From a virus (taxonomy: Duplodnaviria > Caudoviricetes), in the IMG/VR virus record IMGVR_UViG_3300012953_000213, positions 1 through 24,680 of that record: 24,680 nt of DNA. One strand, 5' to 3'. Both the position numbers and the translations under genes were made by a program. This document shows, one piece after another, positions 17,453-24,680 of this stretch. Numbering within the stretch: position 1 is the stretch's first letter; each line of letters opens with the position of its first letter. The notes under the pieces are model-generated. The model saw nothing but the letters and a program-made list of their open reading frames with translations, ran no database searches and had not been told where the DNA came from.

Positions 17453-17692
17453 ATGAGTACATTAATAGATTTTCCATTTCAAAACAAAGAAGGTAAATAT
17501 TTTGCTCCTGTTGTTTCACAAGAAAACACTTATAAGGTTTCAGGCGGTGTTGTTATCCAAGATTCTACTAAATTAGTGTCAGGAATTAAAGGGGCTTTTG
17601 TAAAAATTAAATTTGTATTGCCCGCAGCAGATGCTACAACTAAAAAAGAATTATTTGCTGTAAATACAGAATCAGTTTATTCATCAAATTAA
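17453..17692 (+). CDS. 79-aa protein, probably the detached C-terminal segment of the muzzle protein
   Basis: Contains 'FQNKEGKYFA', 'SGIKGAFVKI' and 'KELFAVNTE..SS', which resemble the usual C-terminus of this tail protein family (from recollection, not searched). Confidence 0.55.
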   Translation: MSTLIDFPFQNKEGKYFAPVVSQENTYKVSGGVVIQDSTKLVSGIKGAFVKIKFVLPAADATTKKELFAVNTESVYSSN

Positions 17693-17702
17693 ATTAAATT
17701 TT

Positions 17703-18152
17703 ATGTTACAAGTACGAAAATTAATAACATCAGATTGGGAATTTTTGCCAAAATGGTGGGAAGGATATGATCAGGAACCGTGGATTCACACGGAAAGTTT
17801 TAAAGATATAATGCCAGGATCTTTTCAAGTAGGAGAATATGAAGAAAAAAGAGCAGGCTTAGGGGGGTTTATGGTATGTAAAGATAAACACCCAATAGCA
17901 GCAATGTGGTTAAATTTAACTAATTCACATTGTGCATTGCCTACAGCAGCAATATCTGATCCTGATTATAGAGATTCTGATAGAAAAAAAGCAATACAAC
18001 TTTTAGTTAATTTTGTAACTAATTTTGCAAAAGATTTAGGCTTTAAATATTCTTTTGGCTGGGCCCAGGAAGGGTATATGTTAGATTATTATTTAAAAGC
18101 TGGTTATGAAAAATGGGATAAACCTTCATATGAACTCATAAAAAAATTATAA
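17703..18152 (+). CDS. GNAT-fold (acetyltransferase-like) morphogenesis protein
   Basis: 'VRKLITSDWEFL', 'ISDPDYR..AIQLLVNFVTNFAKDLGFK' and 'YYLKAGY' follow GNAT motif A/B spacing. Position is analogous to T7 gp13. Confidence 0.55.
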   Translation: MLQVRKLITSDWEFLPKWWEGYDQEPWIHTESFKDIMPGSFQVGEYEEKRAGLGGFMVCKDKHPIAAMWLNLTNSHCALPTAAISDPDYRDSDRKKAIQLLVNFVTNFAKDLGFKYSFGWAQEGYMLDYYLKAGYEKWDKPSYELIKKL

Positions 18153-19202
18153 ATGGGAGGAAAGAAAAGAAGAAATAGACAAGCAGCCGCAATTGCTATA
18201 GAAAATCAAGGTGATATTTTAGCTAAACAAACTGCAGCACAAGATCAATATGATTCTGATTTAGCTGCACTAAAAGGAATGCAATCTACAGATTTTTACA
18301 AAGATTTAGGCTATCAGGGCTATGCAGATAAAGTACAAGGTGTTCAAGCAACTGAAATGGGTCAATTAGCTACTGGTCAAGTTGCTAATTTAGGACCAGC
18401 ACGAGGTTATGCAGATCAATTAACACAAGCACAAGGTTTTACTACTGATGTGGCTGGATTAGCTAGAGGTCAAGATACAGGTCTTAGTAATGTATTTAAT
18501 AACCTACAGGTTTCAACTGCCGGCGCTGAATTTGCCGCAAACGAAGCAGATCAAGCATTAGCTGCTTCACAAAATTTAATTGCCCAAACTGGTGGTGGCG
18601 GTGCTACAGCTTTAGCTGCTGCCGCTTCAAAATCAAAAGCAGGAATTCAAGCAGATATAGACAGGCAAGTAATAGAAAATGAAAAGTTAAGAGCTCAAGG
18701 CGAACAAGGATTACAAAGAGATTTATTAGCTCAAGGTAATTTAGCATCTCAATTTGATTTAGGACAACAACAATTTAACCAAAGTGCTAGACAGCAAGCT
18801 AATATGTTTAATGCGCAAGCGGCTAATCAGGCTGCTAGATTTGGTGCTGAATCAGCAAATCAATTTGCCTTAGCTGATTTTGGAGCACAGAATAATATGT
18901 CACAATTTAATGCTTCTGCATCTAATGCACAATCATTAGCTGATTTTCAAAACAGAGCTAATGTAAATGCTCAAAATGCTACAGCAACAAATGCAGCTTT
19001 ATCACAAGATGCTAAAAGTACAGCAGCTATGGATTTAGCTAAAGCAGCAGGTGCAACTGATGCTGAAAGAGGGGCTTATAATATACAAGCTAATTTACTT
19101 GATATTTCTACAAATGCTTTAAGTGAGCAAGATGCTGTAGCGGCAGAAAATCAAGCTGTTATAGATTTAGGTAAGATGTCTAAAAGAAATATTTTCGGTT
19201 AA
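18153..19202 (+). CDS. Putative internal virion/ejection protein
   Basis: Ala/Gln/Asn-rich helical protein with recurring QFN/QF..A periodicity and a 'GGGGATALAAAA' segment. Follows the tail genes. Confidence 0.55.
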   Translation: MGGKKRRNRQAAAIAIENQGDILAKQTAAQDQYDSDLAALKGMQSTDFYKDLGYQGYADKVQGVQATEMGQLATGQVANLGPARGYADQLTQAQGFTTDVAGLARGQDTGLSNVFNNLQVSTAGAEFAANEADQALAASQNLIAQTGGGGATALAAAASKSKAGIQADIDRQVIENEKLRAQGEQGLQRDLLAQGNLASQFDLGQQQFNQSARQQANMFNAQAANQAARFGAESANQFALADFGAQNNMSQFNASASNAQSLADFQNRANVNAQNATATNAALSQDAKSTAAMDLAKAAGATDAERGAYNIQANLLDISTNALSEQDAVAAENQAVIDLGKMSKRNIFG

Positions 19203-19219
19203 AATAATAATAATAACAC

Positions 19220-20389
19220 ATGAAAGATTATAATCCTGGATTAGCGGCTCAAAAAAATAATCCTGAACAAAAAATTATCAAAGATGCTAGAAATATTGAA
19301 TTTGATAGACAATTCAAAAAAACCTCTGAACAAAGATTAAATCAAGAATACCCAAATCCAACAGGTATTTTTGATGCTGAAGTACAAGGTGTTGCTAGAG
19401 CTATTGTTGAAAAAGCAAGTGATTTAACTAATAAAAAGAAAAAAGGCGATATTACAAATGCCAAATATGCTGCTCAAATGGCTAATATTCAACAAATGGT
19501 AGGTAATTTAAAACAATTTAAAGCCAACATCAATACTAATATGCGAGCTTATAATGAAGCTTTAAAAAACGGAACATTATCATATGGTATGGATCAAAAT
19601 GATGAAGCTGTGCTTATGGCTTTAAATAAAGGTGAAGTTAATTTGGATTTAGACGATAATAATCGTGTTATGTTAACAGGTAAAGCAAATAATCCTTTAA
19701 CAGGTGAATTTGATGTTAATATATATGACGCGATTAATATTCCTGGACCAGTTACTAAAATTGCACCAATTAATTTATTACTTGATCCTGTAGCTAAATC
19801 ATTAGGATTAGATGCTAATGGCCAACCTCAAATAAAAATTGATGAAACTGGAAGAAAAATATTAGACACAGGCGATATTAGTGAACATAAACAAGATATA
19901 ATAGAATTTTCGCAAGATGCTTTAGAAGAAGTTGGGCCTAGGGGTATCAGATCTTATTTAGGTGATCATATGAATTTATCAAATCAAGAAATTAAAAATT
20001 TGATGGAACATCTTAATTTTAATGATGGTGACCATGAATGGGAAAATGCTGGTCATGCTAAAGTATTCCAAAGCTTAAATGATTATATAAGTAATAAATA
20101 CCAAAGACAAAGAAGACCTCATCCAGACACGTTAGCAGCTCAAGTTTCAAATCAAGCTTCACAAATAGCAGCAAACAAACAAGTACAATTAGCTTCAGAT
20201 GATGTTACACAATCTACTCCCGGGGGAGGTACGTTACAAACAGATGCAGTAGCTATGAATGATCCTTCTAAAGGAATTGAAGATATAGGCATAATGCAAG
20301 CTTTTGTACCAGAGCCAGAAATATCACCTTTAAAGAAAGTTAAAAAAAATAATAAAGCACTTGAATTAATTAAAAAATACTCTGCATGA
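19220..20389 (+). CDS. Putative internal virion/ejection protein
   Basis: 389-aa helical protein between the small and giant ejection-type ORFs. Positional call. Confidence 0.5.
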   Translation: MKDYNPGLAAQKNNPEQKIIKDARNIEFDRQFKKTSEQRLNQEYPNPTGIFDAEVQGVARAIVEKASDLTNKKKKGDITNAKYAAQMANIQQMVGNLKQFKANINTNMRAYNEALKNGTLSYGMDQNDEAVLMALNKGEVNLDLDDNNRVMLTGKANNPLTGEFDVNIYDAINIPGPVTKIAPINLLLDPVAKSLGLDANGQPQIKIDETGRKILDTGDISEHKQDIIEFSQDALEEVGPRGIRSYLGDHMNLSNQEIKNLMEHLNFNDGDHEWENAGHAKVFQSLNDYISNKYQRQRRPHPDTLAAQVSNQASQIAANKQVQLASDDVTQSTPGGGTLQTDAVAMNDPSKGIEDIGIMQAFVPEPEISPLKKVKKNNKALELIKKYSA

Positions 20390-23300
20390 CTTTAGAAACA
20401 ATTGTAAATAATATGATAGCGGCTAACGAGCCAGAGTCAAATATTGCAATGGTTATAAAAGCTTTTAAAAAAGTAAAAGAATTAAAAAATACAAAAAGCC
20501 CATTAAAGCAAATTGATCCAGATCCTGAAGAGGAATTTAAAAAATGGATTCAAAGTTCTCCATCTGTTCCTGACCAATTTGAACAAGATACAAAAAGAGA
20601 AGAATTAAGATTACCTCCTGATAATAGTGTTGAAGCAATACGTCGAAGAAAAAAAGATCCTGTTGCTCCTCAAATAGATCTTGAAGAAGTTACTGTAACA
20701 GCCGGTGAAAGAGAACCGGTAACAGGCGTTTCAAGACAAAGAATGATGGGGCAAGCTCCGCCTTCTCAACAACGAGATCGTGAACAAGTTGAGAAAGAAA
20801 GATTAATTGCTGAAAAAACACTTCAAGACGAAGATTTCTCTGGAATTGAACAGCAATTTTTAGACGGTATTGGTCCTCGTAATTTAACAAGAAAAGAGCT
20901 TGGAACACAATTAATTAATTCTATATATAAAAACCCTATATCAAGAACAATTAATAAACTTTTATTTAATGCTTTAGAGGGTAATATTGATGAAGAAGCA
21001 TTACAAAAAGAAGAAGATCTTAAAAATAAATTACCTGATATTGCAAAAGGTATTGTTGATAATAATACATTTCTTAATAATTTTCCAAATTTAGTATTTG
21101 AAAATAACAAAGATTTAATTCAAAATACAGAAGAAAGAATATATGGAAATTTAATTGATTTTAAGCAAGAAACATATGATTCAATAGCTAATGGATCTGA
21201 TATACAGCAATTAAAACAAAAACTTATTAAACAAAGTGGGATTCCTTATGTTATACAAAATGGCACTTTATATTTAGCACCCAATGTAGATACAAAATCA
21301 CCACAATTTTTAAAAAGACAAAATGACATTGCAAAAAAACTTCAAATTGAAATTTCAAAAAAAGTAAATAATTCTTTAAAAAATAATAATGATTATATTA
21401 ATGCAGTAGCCTCTGCTAATAAAGAAAACTCTGCATTTAGGCAAAGTTTAATTTCTGATGCTGCATCTAAAAGCGCTACATATAATAATATAATAAATAA
21501 AATAAATGACGAGGCACAAAGCGCAGTACAAAAAGAAATTGATTTTAGATTAGATAAAAAATATTCAGGACTTGGCACTTTTGGAGAAGGATTTTATGAA
21601 ACAGCTTTAGCTACCATACCAAAAGCTTATCAAGATTTTAGGGTATTAGCGGCTGGTAGAGGAATTAAAAAAATAAATGAAGAAATAAAAGAACTTAAAG
21701 AAGGTAAATTTTCTACTACCCAAGATGGTAGAATTCAATATGTAAATCCCGGTGGAGGTACACGGATATATAATAATGTTGATGAGGCAATTGCTCAAAA
21801 AGAAAATTTAATAAAGGAGCGCTTAGAAGACACCTCAGAAGCTCTTATTAGAAGTGAACAATACCAAAAAGATATTGCTAATTTTGATCAACCCGAGTTA
21901 TTTGATGAGGATGGATTAACATTGGATGATTTTGGTAAAATTTTAGGTACTCAATCAGTACAAATGCTAGGAGCTATTGCTACATTTGGTGGAAGCACTT
22001 TAATACAAGAAGCGGGCGGAGCATTAGACGAAATTTTATCTCAAAAAGCAGCAGAAAATTTAAACATTAGCATACAAGATTTTAATGCTCTTAGTGGTGA
22101 AGAAAAAAGAGAAGCTTTAATTGAAGAATTAAATAAAGGTGAAGAGTATTTAGATACAGCGTTAAATGTTGGTATAGCAAATGCAGGTTTAGATTTAGTT
22201 GGTAATTTTGTTGCATTAGGAGCCGGTACAAAAGCTATGCCTAAAGGTTTTTTAAAAGCAATATTAAGAGGCCGATATGATACTGCTAGCTCAAAATACT
22301 TAAAGCCTGCAGTTGCAAATTTAGGAAAAGCAACTATTTTTGAATCAGGAACAGAAGTTGGTCAAGAAGCTGTTTCTTTAGCTGGAGTAGCTTCAGCAAC
22401 AGGAGAAGATGTAATAAATAAATTAACGTCCCCTGATGCTGTAAAACAATATTTAGAAGCTGGTGGCCAGGCTGCTATTGCTACAGGCCCTTTTGTTGGA
22501 GCAGGTAAAATAACAACTAGCACATTAAATCTTTTTAGAACAAATCCAGAAGGATTAGTTATACGACAACAAGCCGCTGAAGAAGAATATAATAAAGGGG
22601 TACAAGATGTTAATAATTTAAATTTATCGCCTGAACAAAAACAAATAGAATTAGATAAATTAAATAATAATTTAGAAAAAGAATTTGATAATTTAACCGC
22701 CGCTAATGCTTATATAAAAAATACAAAATTTAAAGACTTAAAAGGAGAAGCAGCAGCCGAAGTATATGATGCTATAGCGCAAGCTGTGCCTGTTCAAAAA
22801 GAATTAATTCAAATTGAAAATCAAATAAATCAAATAAATCAAGCAGAAGGAACTGTTAACCCTGATTTATTAGCTAAACAAAAAGAATTATTAGCAGAAC
22901 AAAAAAGATTAAGTGATATAACCGTTTTAGCAAGAGTAGGACAAGTAACAGGAGAAACAAATAAAGCCCTTATAAAAAAAGTTAATGAGTCAAATGAAGG
23001 TAATTTAAAAGATAAATCTATAAAAGAATACAATACTCGTGAGCAAGCTAGAAAAGATATTATAAAAAATCATGGAGAAGGCAAGCTTTCAGACGGTAAT
23101 GTTATAGGTTTACTAAAAGGAGATCAAAAAACTGGCCTATTTAACAATGCAATAATAATTGGTAATAACGCTTATGTTGTTAAAGAAAATGTTAAAGAAA
23201 ATATTTTAGGGAGCAATAGAGATCTTGCTGCAGGTAACGCGGTAGCTCATGAAGTTGGACATTTTTTAATGGATGGCATTTCATATACTGAACTAGATAA

Positions 23301-24680
23301 ATTAAGAAAATCCACAATAGCTGAGCTTGAAAATAGTACTGATCCTAAAATGAAAAAAGCTTATGAGCAAGTAAAAGATAGGCTTAAGGGATATGCTGGA
23401 ACTGGAAAAGGAAAGGGGGGCAGGACTGCCTTAGCACAGGAATTTTTTACTGCTCTTTCAGACTCAATGGCTGCGATAGAGATTGGTAATATTGCATTAG
23501 AAGATGTTAGCATATTAAGAAAAATAGGTAATTTATTTAGTGGTGCTATTAATACGGTGGCTCCTGATGAGTTAAACATTGGAGATCTTAATAACGGTGC
23601 TAATACTTTAGAGTTTATTAAAAGATATAATAATTTTGATAAAGACACTAAAATTGTTCCTGCTAGCGAAGTTACAGAAATTATTAAAACAGAAAAACCT
23701 ACTCTTGCGTCTAAACCTTTAACTATAGAAGAAATAAACACTCGAGTTAAAGATGTTAAAGCAGGAGAAATGCCTCAGGATCTTGCTACACAAATAGCTT
23801 ATGCTTATGAACCATTAGCACAAAAAATAGCTTCAGAAATATTTAGAAATTATCAAGGTGAAGTTGGTTATACACAAGGAGATTTTGCAATGGACATTGC
23901 TTTTGGTGATCCCAAAGCTATTGGAGGTAAAAATAGTTTGGTAGAAATTGCTAAAGACTATGATCCTAATAATAAAGAAGGAAAATCTTTAGGGGGTTGG
24001 TTAGGCGACATAGGACGACAAAGAGCTAAAAGAATTGCAGAAAAAAGAATTGGTTCTCAAAAAACTACAGGAGCTACTAAAATAGACGCACCTGAAAGCG
24101 TAGAAATAGAAGCTGAAACAACACCTGAAGTAACAATAGAAAAACCAAAAACTACAGTATTAGCTCTTCCTAAATCCATGCAAGAAGCGGGTAAAGAAGC
24201 CGCGCAATTAGCAGCAGCTAAAGCAAAAAGCGATATTCTTAAAAATCCTAAAGCTACTTTAAAACAAAAAACCACTATCCGTGATAAAGCTCTTACTCAA
24301 GTAATGAACAGAGCGGCTGGTAAAGAAATAAAAAGTTTAATTAGAAACTTAGGTGTAGACGCTGCAAATGATTATATATCTAATAATTACAAAGCTGTAG
24401 CGGAAGCTTTTGTTAAAGACAAAAATATTAATAAAATACGTGATGCTAAAACTAAAAAGCTATTACAAGGTTGGAAAGATGGCAATATTACTAAAGATTC
24501 TGTAACAGGATATTTTAATGATCCTAATGTAAAAAGCAATACTAGATCAGATAGAAGAAATAGGGCTTTAACAGATGTTATATCTTCTATAATTATGAAA
24601 GAGTCTGTAAAAGATTTAAAAGCTTCTGACCCTAAACTTGCTGATGAATTTCAAGATGAGACTGGTATTGTATTAGCAAG
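20386..24680 (+). CDS. Giant multidomain internal virion/ejection protein (partial, >1431 aa, runs off the window); not in ORF track
   Basis: ATGA overlap with the previous stop. Frame 1 was translated by hand with no stop to the window end (MTLETIVNNMIAANEPESNIAMVIK...). Contains LEEVTVTA, Gly/Ala hydrophobic helices, HEVGH and a sigma region-2-like segment. Confidence 0.88.
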   Translation, partial: MTLETIVNNMIAANEPESNIAMVIKAFKKVKELKNTKSPLKQIDPDPEEEFKKWIQSSPSVPDQFEQDTKREELRLPPDNSVEAIRRRKKDPVAPQIDLEEVTVTAGEREPVTGVSRQRMMGQAPPSQQRDREQVEKERLIAEKTLQDEDFSGIEQQFLDGIGPRNLTRKELGTQLINSIYKNPISRTINKLLFNALEGNIDEEALQKEEDLKNKLPDIAKGIVDNNTFLNNFPNLVFENNKDLIQNTEERIYGNLIDFKQETYDSIANGSDIQQLKQKLIKQSGIPYVIQNGTLYLAPNVDTKSPQFLKRQNDIAKKLQIEISKKVNNSLKNNNDYINAVASANKENSAFRQSLISDAASKSATYNNIINKINDEAQSAVQKEIDFRLDKKYSGLGTFGEGFYETALATIPKAYQDFRVLAAGRGIKKINEEIKELKEGKFSTTQDGRIQYVNPGGGTRIYNNVDEAIAQKENLIKERLEDTSEALIRSEQYQKDIANFDQPELFDEDGLTLDDFGKILGTQSVQMLGAIATFGGSTLIQEAGGALDEILSQKAAENLNISIQDFNALSGEEKREALIEELNKGEEYLDTALNVGIANAGLDLVGNFVALGAGTKAMPKGFLKAILRGRYDTASSKYLKPAVANLGKATIFESGTEVGQEAVSLAGVASATGEDVINKLTSPDAVKQYLEAGGQAAIATGPFVGAGKITTSTLNLFRTNPEGLVIRQQAAEEEYNKGVQDVNNLNLSPEQKQIELDKLNNNLEKEFDNLTAANAYIKNTKFKDLKGEAAAEVYDAIAQAVPVQKELIQIENQINQINQAEGTVNPDLLAKQKELLAEQKRLSDITVLARVGQVTGETNKALIKKVNESNEGNLKDKSIKEYNTREQARKDIIKNHGEGKLSDGNVIGLLKGDQKTGLFNNAIIIGNNAYVVKENVKENILGSNRDLAAGNAVAHEVGHFLMDGISYTELDKLRKSTIAELENSTDPKMKKAYEQVKDRLKGYAGTGKGKGGRTALAQEFFTALSDSMAAIEIGNIALEDVSILRKIGNLFSGAINTVAPDELNIGDLNNGANTLEFIKRYNNFDKDTKIVPASEVTEIIKTEKPTLASKPLTIEEINTRVKDVKAGEMPQDLATQIAYAYEPLAQKIASEIFRNYQGEVGYTQGDFAMDIAFGDPKAIGGKNSLVEIAKDYDPNNKEGKSLGGWLGDIGRQRAKRIAEKRIGSQKTTGATKIDAPESVEIEAETTPEVTIEKPKTTVLALPKSMQEAGKEAAQLAAAKAKSDILKNPKATLKQKTTIRDKALTQVMNRAAGKEIKSLIRNLGVDAANDYISNNYKAVAEAFVKDKNINKIRDAKTKKLLQGWKDGNITKDSVTGYFNDPNVKSNTRSDRRNRALTDVISSIIMKESVKDLKASDPKLADEFQDETGIVLA

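Larger units (their letters stand above)
1..24680 (+). mobile_element. Tailed dsDNA phage genome segment (lysis + head/tail/ejection module), podovirus-type, probably infecting Bacteroidota
   Basis: Contiguous co-oriented holin/endolysin, terminase, portal, capsid, ring, muzzle and ejection-type genes. No tape-measure, tail-tube or sheath genes, no host genes, no integrase. Leaders are AT-rich and lack SD motifs. Confidence 0.93.

Noticed and set aside
23395-23425. GTGKGKGG as a P-loop in the giant ORF
   Set aside because: It lacks the GK[ST] ending and a preceding hydrophobic strand, and lies within the zincin-like region as a Gly/Lys loop.
99-24275. Minus-strand ORFs in the track (e.g. 2965..3243, 5265..5507, 20823..21110, 23361..23741)
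   Set aside because: Short antisense shadows (F/L/S/I-rich) of long + strand genes. Those beyond 20386 lie opposite the giant ORF.
1-24680. Stop-codon reassignment, as in some crAss-like phages
   Set aside because: All genes are intact and tightly packed under the standard code. TAG (54, 11720) and TGA (20389) act as real stops.
20386-24680. Virion RNA polymerase call for the giant ORF
   Set aside because: No DxDxD-type catalytic motif was found in the visible part. It cannot be excluded for the truncated remainder.
1-24680. tRNA, rRNA, CRISPR array, integrase/att, DGR, or Bacteroidota TAnnTTTG promoters in intergenic gaps
   Set aside because: Intergenic gaps are at most about 65 nt and none of these patterns was seen by eye.

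Overview
The window is an AT-rich, single-orientation (+ strand) lysis and virion-morphogenesis module of a tailed dsDNA phage. It is most consistent with a short-tailed (podovirus-type), crAss-like-related phage of Bacteroidota/Flavobacteriia, judging by SD-less AT-rich leaders, a BACON-like domain and gene order; host and taxon are inferred. Gene order: Gly-rich virion proteins, holin-like protein, 48-aa membrane protein, M15 peptidase endolysin, hypothetical, double GroES-like protein, putative TerS, TerL, portal, scaffold, major capsid, terminator, hypothetical, two ring/adaptor proteins, muzzle/stabilisation protein (apparently split), GNAT-like protein, two ejection proteins, and a giant ORF (20386 to beyond the window end, >1431 aa) missing from the ORF track. 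Two things stand out. First, a hidden layer of +1-frame overprinted ORFs sits in local GC/rare-codon islands: a lipoprotein-like ORF and a second ORF inside terL, and a 45-aa 'MPFK..Q' ORF inside the scaffold gene. Second, the giant putative ejection protein carries, in order, a TonB-box-like motif, Gly/Ala hydrophobic helices, an HExxH zincin motif and a sigma70 region-2-like segment. This suggests a virion-delivered, possibly self-processing transcription-takeover protein. All functional calls are by eye; no searches were run.
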